Of a DNA stretch of 64,000 bases, positions 1 through 12,900 are shown piece after piece (positions within the stretch are counted from its first letter, which is position 1; every line of letters starts with the position of its first letter). The notes beneath the pieces are model-generated. The model ran no database searches, was not told the DNA's origin, and was given only the letters and a program-made list of their open reading frames with translations. The DNA is from Candidatus Elulimicrobium sp. (GTDB lineage Bacteria > Patescibacteriota > Minisyncoccia > Phycocordibacterales > UBA918): contig DZBU01000001.1 of the NCBI GenBank assembly GCA_022730015.1, positions 1,307 through 65,306 of the forward strand, in the 5' to 3' direction. A program made the translations under genes and the position numbers.

Positions 1-1
1 T

Positions 2-760
2 GAAGAGTTTACCGTCTCGGCCGAGACCATTAAGGATGGGCTTCAGTATGTGAGCGTTAGCTTCAAAAATCAGGTTGGTTGGGGAGCGGTCACCAATCGT
101 AAGCTCAAGATTGACACCACTGCACCAGAACCGTTTGCTATCAATGTGCAAGCAGGCAATTCTCCAACTTCATTCCCGCTTCTACGGTTTGAGGCAAAGG
201 ATCTTACTTCTGGAATCGAATACTACGAGATGACGATCGCGGACAAAGAACCGCTTCGCATCACTCCAGACGAGGCACGACTTGGGTACATGCTTAAGGA
301 GCTTGAAGATGGTACCTACACGGTGAAGGTGGTTGCGACTGATATGGCTGGTAATGTTCGAGAGAGTAGTGTTGCGGTTTTGATCACTGCTGGTTGGGTT
401 AAGCCGATTGAAGTAGTAGAGGAAAGTTCATTCTGGGATTTTCTTACTCCGATCAACCTCTTCATCTTCTTCTTGATCGTCATTATTCTGCTTCAGGTTA
501 TATACTTCTGGTACGAGCACAAGGCACTCAAGGAACGAGAAGAGAAGCTTCGTCGAGAGATACGTGAGATTCAAGACCAGATGGAAAAGATCTTCTCGGC
601 ACTTCGGGATGAGATCTACGACCAGATCAATATGATCACTAAGCGCAAGCGACTATCAGCCAAAGAAAAAGAAGCGGTTGAGGCGCTCACGCAAGCACTC
701 GAAGTCTCAGAAACACTCATCGAGAAGGAAATCAATGATGTGAAGACTGTACTAAAATAA
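2..760 (+). CDS. 5'-truncated CDS: C-terminal part of a surface protein (Ig-like domain + TM helix + cytoplasmic coiled-coil tail). Paralog of the C-terminal half of the cohesin-like protein at 28320..30080.
   Basis: The frame is open from nt 2 with no stop before the track's GTG at 50. 'FKNQVGWGAVTNRKL...TAPEP...GTYTVKVVATDMAGN' aligns with 'FKNDEGWGKVTHYRL...VKPTA...GYHAVIVEAFDKAGN' of 28320..30080. A hydrophobic helix (INLFIFFLIVIILLQVIYFW) is followed by a K/E/R-rich heptad-like tail. Confidence 0.6.
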   Translation, partial: EEFTVSAETIKDGLQYVSVSFKNQVGWGAVTNRKLKIDTTAPEPFAINVQAGNSPTSFPLLRFEAKDLTSGIEYYEMTIADKEPLRITPDEARLGYMLKELEDGTYTVKVVATDMAGNVRESSVAVLITAGWVKPIEVVEESSFWDFLTPINLFIFFLIVIILLQVIYFWYEHKALKEREEKLRREIREIQDQMEKIFSALRDEIYDQINMITKRKRLSAKEKEAVEALTQALEVSETLIEKEINDVKTVLK

Positions 761-867
761 GGTTTTGTTACGGCGTCTGCTCCGCGAGTGTGCTAGAATA
801 CATTGACCAACTCAATAACTAGTAGGGGAGTCATATTTACGGAGTGATTTCCACAGTAGCAAGGTAA

Positions 868-898
868 TACCGCGCGTTCCCGAAGGGAACGCGCGGTA
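868..898 (+). terminator. Perfect 14-bp GC-rich stem with a 3-nt loop (taccgcgcgttccc-gaa-gggaacgcgcggta). It has no downstream T-tract, so it is a terminator or regulatory hairpin between the upstream gene and the giant ORF.
   Basis: Read directly as a reverse-complement match. It lies 108 nt after the stop at 760. Confidence 0.45.
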
Positions 899-933
899 TA
901 CTTATACTGCACCTCATTATACCTGCATGGTAT

Positions 934-3900
934 TTGGTGCATTGTGTAGTGAAGAAAAAACATCCTTACAACACAAACGGAAACAGAATAATAACGATAT
1001 TTAAGGCGCCAAAATGGATATTGCAGCGTTTTTCTAGTGCCACGTATGTACTATTTTTGATATTTACCCTGTTGGTATTTACCCATGCTGAAACCGCTTT
1101 TTCTAAACGACCGCTCGAGATAACATTTGGCACTCAGCAAACTCTCAATTTATTCCCAACTCAGGTTAATACCACTGATTGGGCTGGTATTGAAAACGTG
1201 CTTATCCAAGACCTTACTGACACAGCGTTGTATCAAGATTTTGGTGCTCGTACCTCAGCATACGTACCACAAGAAAAGTTGATCATTCCGAGCTCAGCGG
1301 GAGTGCCTACTGAGTATGTTCCGGTAATCGAAGGCGCGACGGCATCGTCTGTCGTAGACGGTCAGGCTGTTCCTGAGGAGGGCGGGGCTGGTGTCATAGG
1401 AAGTCAACCTGAAGTAGTGGCTCCGATCGAACCTACTCCAGAACAACTACCAGTAGAGACACAAGTTTCACCAGAACCAGGAGCAGTCTTAGAACCACCA
1501 GCAAATGAAAGTGTTGTTGAGCCAGTATCGATGATCGAGCCGAGCTCGACAGCCGTTTTCGCACCAGCCTGGGGACTGTTTCCGCTAGCGCAATTATCAG
1601 TCGTGACTTCAACAGAGACTGCCGCTCAAGATATTGTGGATGTCGCAGCGCCTACCGAAACAGCACAAACACCTGATACAGCTATCGTTGAAGACCTCTC
1701 TCAGCCGATCAGTGGCGTCGAGCAGGTGGTGGGGGTCGTATCGACTTCATCTGAAAGCGCGGCACCAGAACAATCATCTGCTGAAACTACGGTTACTGAA
1801 GGATCTGTTGTACCGCTAGCAACGCCAGCTGCCGCTACTGTAGAAACAGAAGTTCACGAGATCACTCTTTCAAATTTTGGTAGTGCACCACTTGAGCCTG
1901 GTCAGTTTGTTAACGGTATGCGTTTGACTCTTTCACTCGCTGCGCAGCTTGAGCAGCCGGCATCGGGAAGAATTCCGTACATTGAAGTATTGTATGGTGC
2001 TTCAAGTACACCCGAAGTGGTTGGTATGATCTTGCTCGAGGACGAGGTTTCAAATGCACTCAATGGCGGATACTTTTTCTTTGCGTTGCCGACTGTCTCA
2101 GATGTCTCGGAACTAGCAGATAAGACAGTCACCTTGCGCTACCATGGTGCGCACGATGACCTTGACGGCATGTTCCTTGATGCGGTTTGGCTTGAGATCG
2201 ATACTCGCACTGTTACCAAAGAAGACCTTCGTGCTCGTGGAATTGCCGGAGCGCTTGCAGAGTTACAACTTCCTTCAGTTACTACGCTCATTAGTGAAAA
2301 ATCAAATTTCCGTCGCGACGAGAATCCGATTTTCAACCTTCGCTATAATTCTCAGCGTAATTTCATCGTCCGCGGCCTGCGTCATATGTTTGGTCGAGAG
2401 CTGGTGTCGGTGGAATCAGTTGAGGTGCGTCATCGGTCGTTTGGATCGCTCGGCATCGAGCCAGAACTCACTGTTACCAAAGACGGTCTTTTGACCATCG
2501 AAATTCCTGATGCTTCGCTCAAAAACATGCGTCCAGGAGCATACGAGATCACTCTTACACTCAACGAGGGAGGACGAGAATTCACTGACACTTTTGATTT
2601 CCAGTGGGGAATCTTGACCATGAACCCGAATAAGTCTGAGTACCAAACGGGAGAGACGGCACATATTTCAATCGGAGCGTTGACGCCAAATGGTCATACG
2701 ATCTGTGAAGCGGCTCTCGATCTCTATGTGACCGACCCGACAGGGATAATCTCTCGCTACGCTGTGAATCCATCGGGTCAGTGTAACGGTAACAATGTGG
2801 TCGATGTGCCTGATTTCAGTGCACTGGTACCGGTAGTTGAACCTGGTGTTTATGAATTATACCTAGAGCGTCTAGATGATGCTGGTGCGGTGCTTGGTTT
2901 TACTACTGATACATTTAACTCTGTTACAAATCAAGAGTTGTCAATCGAGCGCACTGGTCCAACTCGTATCTATCCACCAGCACCGTATCCGATGACGTTG
3001 ACCGTTTCAACGACTAAATCATTTATCGGTACACTCACTGAAACCGTACCAGCTAGCTTTGGTATTTATGATACTGACGCGTACATTGTTTCAGACGGTG
3101 TGTGGCAGACACTGACCTGGGATCTTTCTATCCTCGGCGCTGGTAAGGAGAGTGTGAGCTATCGCTTTGATGCCCCAGACATTTCACCGTATCTATTTAC
3201 ACTCGGTCCGGCACGACTCGATACTGAGAGAGTTGCTCCAGCCGACATACCAAACGCCTCGACTTCGGCTACAAGCTCACCAGGGATTTCTTCTCCAGGT
3301 ACGAACGTATTCATCGAACATCGCCGCTGGCAGATCGCTTCTGACGCGGTAGGTAAGATGTTGCTTTTCTGGCCAGACGGAGCGACCGTACCGGCCGGTT
3401 GGCTGTGTGTGTCGTGTACTTCTGGCGAGCCATTCTTCCAGCGTTTTGTCATGGGTAGCTCAACCTACAATACTACTGGTGGTGCAGCTACACATACTCA
3501 TACTGCAACTGGCTCGGTGCTTGCTACTTCAGACATCACAACTGAAAACACGGGATCAGGTGTAATCGCAATCGGTACGCACACCCATACGTATACTCCT
3601 ACGATTAGTGCCGTTTCTAATTTGCCAGCATACCGACAGTTACGAGTGATCCGCTACGATGCTGCAGCAGGGGAACCACCAACTATTCCAGCCGGCGCGA
3701 TTGGCGTCTTTGATGTTGCCTCTTCCTCGCTACCAAGTGGCTGGAATCGTTATGCAGCGCAAGATGGTCGGTACATTTATGGTGAAAACACGCCAGGTAC
3801 AACTGGAGGATCAAATACTCATACTCACACCATTACTGGTACAGTCGATGCTGCTTCAGGAGGAAGCTACCAGAGTCGCGGCCCTGACGCTGCGAACGGT

Positions 3901-6900
3901 TCATCGCCAACTCATACGCACACGGTGAGTAGTAGTACGGGCAGTGTTTCAAACGAACCACCATACATAGAGGTTTTGCTTGGACAGATCACTAGTGATG
4001 CAGTGCCGCCAAACGGTCTCATTGCTATGTGGGATGAGGCAGTCGATAGTGGTTGGCTAGATGTTTCTTCTGGTCCTACTGATCCATTCAATCAACGTTT
4101 TCTTAAAGCCTCGACCACATATGGCGGCACCAACGACACTCGTTCACATGCGCACAGTAATGTGACGGGACTCACGTCGTCTGTACCGAGTGTTACTGTC
4201 ACTACGGCTCGTGCTGGCTCGGGTGGTGCAAGTGATGTGCACACGCACTCCGTTTCGGTTACTGATTTTTCTATCAGTGATCATCTACCACCGTATCTCA
4301 CGGTAGTCTTTGGGAAACGACAAGGAAATGATCCTGTGTATCAGCAAGTGTCTTCACGTTGGTATACCAACACCAACGCAGAGACACCAACTGATGCGTG
4401 GCCAAGTGGCGCACTTAATCTTATTGAACGTGAGCCGATCACTGCAACGAGTACTCCGGTCAAGGATGGGGATGAAGTTCGATTACGTCTTAATGTTGGG
4501 GTGTTAAATGCGACCTCGACGGTTGGCAGTAGTTTTAAATTGCAGTACGCAGCAGCTGCGGTGTGTAGCACGGCAACTGGCTGGGCAGATGTTGGTGATA
4601 CGGCTTCAACGACTCTGTGGCGTGGCTATAACAATACCTCGGTAAATGATCATGTGACACTGTCGACTTTACTCTTGAGTTCTTCAACAGTTACCGCAAC
4701 GTATGAAGAAAATGGATACGCGACCAGTACCCCAAACAATATTCCTGTCGCTGGGTATGGTGAGTGGGATTTTGTCTTGCAGCAAAATGGCGCACTAGCG
4801 GGCACTAACTACTGTTTCCGTTTAGTAGAGAATGATGGAACAGCTTTCCTTTCCTATACACATTATCCGCAGCTTTACACCAACGAAGCGCCGGCTGCTC
4901 CAGCGCTCCAAAAATTATTTGATAACGAAAAAACGGCTTCTACCACCCCATGGTTCTACTTCCTTGCGACTGATGCTGAGGGTGAGAAGGTGCATTACGA
5001 GATTGAGATTGATAATGATTTTACCTTTGCTTCACCGGTTATTGATCGTAATACCATTTCTAATTCTGCAGAGTTTGAAAACCAAGTTCTCATTTCTGAT
5101 AAGGCACCGTTTAGACAAGGTGAGTTGATTGAATTTATCCCTACCACCGCACTCAGTAACGGCACGACATACTATTGGCGTGTACGTGGCCAAGATCCAG
5201 AAGGGTCAGCTGATTGGGGTGAGTGGTCGACTATTCGAAGCTTTACTATCGATAATACTCTCGACGCGAGCGCTTGGTACCAGACTCAAGATGAACAGTT
5301 TGATACAAATATACTTGCTGGCGTACAGACAGGAAGCGATCAGATGGTGCTTATCAGTGGTTCTTCAACTGGTTCGATGATCAGTACACCGATTGATTTC
5401 ACTGATGGTGATCGTGGTACTGCGTGGGATAGCTTAGTGTTTGCTGATACGGAAACCACTGGCTCGATCTCATACCAAATTCAGTATCTCGATAACACAA
5501 GTACGTGGACACTCGTTCCAGAGAGTGCGCTCCCAGGAAACGGTACTGGCTTCGGCACATCACCGGTGTCACTGCTTGGACTTGATGTCGGAGTATACTC
5601 ACAGTTGCGCATTATCGCGAACTTCACCAATACTGGCGGTTCACCATCACTACAAGATTGGACGCTATATTGGGGTTATCGAGTAGAGACTCCGATCATT
5701 GCAAAGCTTTTCCCGAATGAGCAAGTGGGTACTACCACGCCATCATTTGAATTCAGAACCAGTGATCCGCAAAGTGACAGTTTGACCTACCAAATACAAT
5801 GGTCGCTAACCCCAGATTTCGCAGCATCAACGACTCGCTCATCTGATGTTGATCTTGGTTTTTCAAATATTGATGCTGGTGCTGATCTTGACCCGTTTAA
5901 TTCGGATGACAGTATCCAATTTACACTTCAGTCTGCTGACGCGCTGACGGGTACGACTACCTACTGGTGGCGAGTACGCGCTAAGGACACGACCGGTGAT
6001 AACGCGTGGTCATTTTGGACAGATGCACAAAGCTTTACTGTCATTCCAGGTACTGAGGTCTCTACTTGGTTCCAAACTACCGAGGAGCAATTTGCCAGTA
6101 ACATTCTCTCTGGAACGATTGCTCTGGCCTCTGACGCGGTGTCAGTAGCTACTACCGCAAGTGAAGCGATGATCGTCTATGGTGAAGGAACCGAAACAGC
6201 GCCACGATACAGACAATGGGACGGTACGAATTTGAGTACGGAAAGCACGCTTCTCGATATTGGTGCGCCAACCAGATGGGCAGTCGTACGAGCTGCCACT
6301 ACTCGGGAAGAATATGTAGCAGCAACTGTAGGAACAGATGCTGACGTGAATGTCCAAGTGTTTGCCACTGGGGAATGGGGAAATCAGGTAGAACTGACAA
6401 CAAATGTTGGAAGTGTTGCTGCTCGTGGGATTGATGTCGCGTACGAGACAACTTCTGGTGATGCTTTGGTCGTCTACTGCGACGGAGATGCTGATCCTAG
6501 CTATTATCTATGGGACGGAACAAGTTGGACAAGTGGTGGCACCATTAATCTCGCGTCTACAAATAATTGTGAATGGATTAAACTAGCTTCAGATCCGGTT
6601 TCTAACGAGATCATCCTAATGGCCCGTGATTCAGATGGTACTGTAGCTACTTCCTATGAGTTACAAGTTTGGAACGGATCTGCGTGGGGTAACTCTACAA
6701 CGCAGGGTGGTGCACGAAACAGCGCGTACGAAACCATGGCGCTTGGCTATGAAGCTAGTGGCGGTCAGGCGCTCTCAGTTTCTGGCGATGGTAACCCAAT
6801 ACGATTTGAATATAACAGTTGGAACGGTACCGCTTGGGCCGGTCTTACTACGAATACTACGATTACGGATAACCTGATCTGGGCTGAATTGAGCAATGAT

Positions 6901-9900
6901 GATGGTACCGATAATATGGCGATGTGTTACGTCAACGAATCAACAAATATTGGAGCGATCCGTTGGAACGGTACTGCATGGACGGGACAAACTAATCTTG
7001 ATACGGCTGGCAATTCTATTGCAGATCGCTCAGTTTCTTGTGTCTATGAAACTACAGCTGGTCGTGATGGTAACCTGCTTGCTGTCTATAGCGACACAAC
7101 TAATGCCCGTTACCAGGTTTGGAATGGCACGACATGGTCAGCTGAGGCATCAATTGGTACGATTACAAGTGTGTCCACTATTCAGGCGATTCGAACGGGA
7201 GCAGGTAGTGTCCTTGGTCTATTTTACGATGATGTAAATGATCGTATCGACTTTTCAGCTTGGAACGGTACGACATGGAGTACAGCAGCAACGATCGAGG
7301 CAAATGGTTCAGTTGATGCGGCGCCATATGGACAACCATTCTTTGCTGCACCACGCAACGATGGTACTGAAGGTACCACCATTGTTAGCCCAGGTGTGGA
7401 TTTCAACGCCGGAGTAGGACCATACTGGAAGACATTCTCATGGAACGATACTGTGCCGGGAACAAGTCAAATTCTATATCATTTGCAGTATCAGACGGCG
7501 ACGGGCAGCTGGGCATTTATTCAGAATGCTGCCTTGCCGGGTAACGAAGTAGGAACGACGACTGGCCCGTTCGATCTTTCTGCTCTCGATACAAATACAT
7601 ACAATGTTATTCGACCGTATGCTGAACTTTCTTGTGACGGATCAGGAAACTGTCCTTCGATTGAAGATTGGAAGATCGAGTGGGCGGGTGGTATTACTAT
7701 TTCAGGTGCCATCCAAGGATATGACCAATCAACAAACGTAACGAGCGGTACCGTCGCTGTGTCGGTCAATGGTGTTTTACAAACTGGAAAGACAGGTGCT
7801 GTTAGTGGCGGTACATGGAGCATTAGTAACGTTACGGTATTCCCTGGGGATGTGGTTTCAGTTTTTGTTACCGCAGCAGCGGATTCGAATGAAGCAGTGG
7901 CAATCGCTCGGTACGATGGGCAAGGAGATATGGATGGTTTGGTTTTGTACGAACGACATCTCACGCTTGGCTCGAATGATGCGACAACCACACCATTCAC
8001 GAATGCTGACATTGGACTCTATGATTCCACAAACACGGAAGACGTATTTTTTGCTGTAACTACTGATACGCTTTCGGTCTGTGCTGCTGGTGACTGTACT
8101 GATGCTGAGTTGTTTATCAAATCGGGAGCATACTACACTCCGGGAGGACGTATCGTAACGCATGATTTTGAAAATAACGGTACTTTCACTGCCGGCTCAT
8201 TCACGCACGAAATAAATGGATCTTGGGACAATAATGCGACAACGACCATGACTGGTTCAGCTGTTGTCTTTGCTGCCACTAGTACAACCGAGACGATTGA
8301 TAGTACTGGGGCGGTAAGTGCAAGTTTCAACAATACTACCTTTGGTACTACGACGGGAAGTGGAGTATGGAATCTCCCTTCCGAACTAGATGTAAACGGC
8401 AATCTAACTGTGTCCCTCGGTACGTTGGCGCGCGGTTCAACTAGCATCACGATAGGTGGCAATTTGGTCACTGGCGCCAATGGATATTGGACCGGCATTG
8501 GCACTACGACTTTTGATGGTGGCACGGCTGCAACGTGGAATGATCAAAACACAACAAAACAAAATGTCGGGCGGGTGGTAATAGATGGTACTAGCAAGGC
8601 AGTCAGTTTGGCTGGCAATGTCGCGACTGAGTCTGTGACCATTGGTACCAATGACACCTTTGATGCTTCGACGGGTAGCTATGACATCATGGTCTATGAC
8701 AGTTGGCTCAATCAAAACAATTTCGTAGCACGTAGTGGTGAAGTTATCTTTGCCGCAACTTCTAGTGGTAAGACCATCACGACAACAGGAGATGCGTTCT
8801 ATGACTTGTCCTTCACTGGTGTAGGTGGCGGTTGGTCGTTCACCGAGTCGACGTTACTGGTGAATAATGATCTCACTATTGCGACCGGAACAGTGACATT
8901 ACCAACCGCCACCACAACTATTGCTGGATCATTCAATGCAACTGGTGGTTCGTTTGCACATAATAATGGAACGCTGTACTTCACTTCGGCGGCGGCAGAA
9001 ACAATCACCTTCAATGGCGGTTTATTCACCAACGTCGCCCACGATCTCACTTTTAATGGTGGTGGTAGCTGGACCGTGAATGATACTAATGCTACGAGCA
9101 CTAACGATGTACGGGTGACTCAAGGTACGCTTAATTTCCCGACTGGCGTCTTCGCAATCGGCGGTACGCTGGTAGATGGTGGTGGTGTGTACACAGGCGG
9201 TGTAGGAACGGTACTTTTTTACAGCAGTGCAGCTGAGGTGCTTACTCCTGGTGGTTCGAGTTTTAATAATGTCACGTTTGCTGGCTCCGGTTCCTGGTCG
9301 TTCTCAGACTCAAACGTAGATGCAAATGGTGATTTGGTGGTACAGCAAGGAATACTCACTTTGCCAAATGGCGCCTTTACCTTGGGTGGCTCATATGACA
9401 ACAATGCAACGGTTGTACCTGGTACTGGGGTGCTCACCTTTGATGCGGCGGGTACCGGTAGGACTGTCGATTTTGGTGCCTCGAGCTTGTATGACGTTGA
9501 CTTTAATAGTGCGACTGGTGGTTGGACCGTCACCGCACCAGCTACGACAACACGCAATTTCTCTCTCACAAATACCGATACATGGACACTTGCGAGCGGA
9601 CAAGTGCTTTCAGTTGCCGGTACGTTTAGTAATAGCGTGGGTGGTGCCTCTACTACCTGGACTGGTTCGGCACTCAGTCTAGAAGCTGGAAGCTATAGTC
9701 TCAATACCAAGACTAACAATGGAGACACTTACGAGACAGTGAGAATTGCAGCCGGCACAAACATAGCGATGTGGAATTCATCAGCTGCATCATATACGGT
9801 TGACGCTGCTGGCTCACTTTACTCACAAGACCATGCTGGAATCGATGGTGACCTATACATCTTTGGAGCGTATACAAGAGGTAGTGGCACAGAGTATTGG

Positions 9901-12900
9901 AGTTACACTCAAGACTTCGATGGCGCTAGTCTTTCTGGAAGTGAGCGTCAAGTTGATGTTCGCTTTGCCTCTGGTGCGAGTGCGACTTTTTCTGGGGCAA
10001 CAGTTGAAGTAATCGGAACAAGTACTGCTTCTACAACGATCGCCAACCAGGGCGCTGGTACTTACGCTGTAAATGTTAGTGGAGGCACAACAACGGCGCA
10101 GTATTATGAGTTCGCTGATCTTGGTTTAACTGGTGTAACTCTTAGTAATGCGGTACAAGTTTCTGAGCTCAGTGACGGTTCCTATACGGTTGCTGCTCCA
10201 GGGGGCACAGCACTCACGCTTTCTTCAACAACCATCGATGCGAACCCAGGCAAGCAGATATTTAACGTTACTTTTGCTACGACAACAGTTATTACGGCAA
10301 CAAACGTCACCCAAAATGATGGAGTACCGTCTTCGTTCTGGTGGTTCCGTGATGGCTACGGAAATCTCTACGGCGAGGGGTACGACAATGATACTGGCGA
10401 TCCTGGTTCAGTGCGCTTTGATGATAGTTCACTGGTGATCACTATTGTTGGTACGGTGTACAGTGATGCGGGAACGACACCTATTGTCGGTGGTACTTGT
10501 GACGGAATCACTCCGGTAGTACGAGTAATGGTTGGTGGAGTGCTTGCTACAACAACCAGCTGTAGTAATGTCGATGGTTCATACACAGCCTCTGGTGTGG
10601 TAGTGATTGGTGATCCAACTGTTACTGTTTTCCTCAATGACGCTTCGGGTGGACAAAAGGGAAGTACAATCACTCGGACACCAACTGGAGACATCCTCGA
10701 TATGGATATTTACACCAATCGTGTAATCGTTCGTAATGAAGATATTGATGCACTAACCATTGGAAACTTGGCTGCATATGATAGTAGTGATGATGCTGAC
10801 TTACGCTTCAGTGCGGCAACCTCTACTAGTGTTGATAGTTTGAATGTGTTTGCTGGCAATGAGCTCTTTGTCTTTGCTTCGTCGACTTTTACACCAGGTG
10901 GGGTAGTGACGCTCGCGGCGAATACGGCCGCCAATAGTTACGATGGTACGTTGTATCTAGCTGGTGATGCGACGTTCAACGCACACAGTACCTCGACCGT
11001 AACGATTGGCGGCCGCCTCGAACTCGAAGCTGGTGCGGTCTTCAATGCCGCGAGCACGACCGTACTTATGAACGCCACAACGTCTGGCAAGAGTATCACT
11101 GCACCGAGTGAGATTATGTTCAATGAGCTCGTCTTCAATGGGGTGAGTGGCGGTTGGAATCTAGGGGCTGACATTCGCGTGAATGGTGATATGACCATCA
11201 CAGCTGGTACGGTCACTGGTACTGGTGATATCTATCTGCCAAACGGTTCGCTCTACGGTAATGGTGTGCTTTCACTTGGTGCTGGTACAACCACGCTCGC
11301 GGCCGCTAATTCACTTGGTGGCAATAGTGCTTGGACCTTCTATGATCTTGAACTTGGAGACACGCTCCAGGTCGGTACTACCACACCACTTTTCACTAGT
11401 ACCACCACCGTCTCTGGTCGTCTTACTATCAATGCTGCTCATTATCTTGATGCTGGTAATACAAGTTGGGATCTCTCTGGAGCCGGCATCGTCTTTGTAG
11501 AGAATGGCACTTTTATCGAAGATACCAGCACGATCCGCTACAGTGGCGCCGGCGCCAGTGTGCTCGCTACTCAATATTACAACTTAGACATCAACGCTGG
11601 TGCCAGCTCACAAACCTACATCGCGACTGGTCTTGGACTTATCGTCGATAATGATCTCACGATTGGTGGTGACGCCGCATCAACATTCGATCTCGCTACC
11701 AACGATCCGCTGCTCGATGTCAATGGTGATGTGATCATTCACAGTAATGGCACTTTGGCTGCAAGCGATACGGGCACGTTCACCATTGCGGGGAGTTATG
11801 ATAATAATGGTGTTTTTACCAGTAACTCTGGAACAACTACTTTCGATGGTTCAGGTGCAACCACAATCGCTGCGGGAAGTAGCAGTTTTGGTTCGGTGCT
11901 TGTCAATGGGACTGGCAACGTGACCGTGAGTGAGCATGCAACGGCAACCAGCAACTTCACGTTAAATGCCGCCAATACCTTCACAGTCTCGAGTGGTCAG
12001 TCACTCGCGATCGGCACAAAATTCTTTAATGCGATTGGTGGTGCAGCGACCACTTGGACTGATTCGACCCTTCGTCTTTACGGTGGTGGTAACTACAGTA
12101 TCAATGTCGCAACTACCAGCGACACGTACGCTACGCTAGATATTGAAGGCACGACGCAGATACGCATGTGGAATTCTGATGCTGCTACCTACGATGTTGC
12201 TTCAACCGGTTCGCTGTACTCACAAGACCATGCCAGTGTTGATGGTGATCTGTATATCTGGGGTGCGTACAACCAAACTAATGCCAACGATTACTGGAGC
12301 TATGTGACTGACTTCGATGGTGCCGCACTAGGCAGCCCACGCAAGGTCGATGTGTACCTTGCCTCGGGTGCGAGTGTGACCGTGACTGGTGGCACCTTTG
12401 CAGTATTCGGCGGCACCACGGCATCAACAACAATCCAGAATCAGGGTTCTGGCTCATATGGAATCGTTGTTGGTGGCAATGCGTCGTCTTCGTTTGAATA
12501 TGCAGAGACGCGTGATATGAACAGCGCTGGCCTTACTTTTACTGGCGGAGCCAAGGTCAACAAACTCTCCTACAATGATTTTTCTGTTTCGCAAAACGGC
12601 GGCACCACAATTATGATCGGTGGCACTGTCATCACTGCCAATCCAGCTAAAAACTTTACTAATAATCGGTTTTGGCTTGATGGTGTTGGTAGCGGCTTCA
12701 ACGTGACAGCGACGGGTACTAGCGTCAGTTCATGGCGTTTCGTGAATCATTACGGTGACATTGACGGTGAGTCATTTGATGTAGATCCAAACGGCGACCC
12801 AGGCTACGTCGCGTGGGATAATTCTGCCGCTCTTATCACCATTTCAGGTAATGTGTACAGCGACGAGGGTTCGACTGTTTCGGGCGTTTGTGACGGAACG

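Noticed and set aside
3300-4330. Prophage or phage-tail gene cluster, suggested by the tail-collar domains
   Set aside because: There is no capsid, terminase, portal, integrase or tail-tube gene in 64 kb. The collar-like units are internal to a cellular giant protein with a signal peptide, so this is domain co-option, not a prophage.
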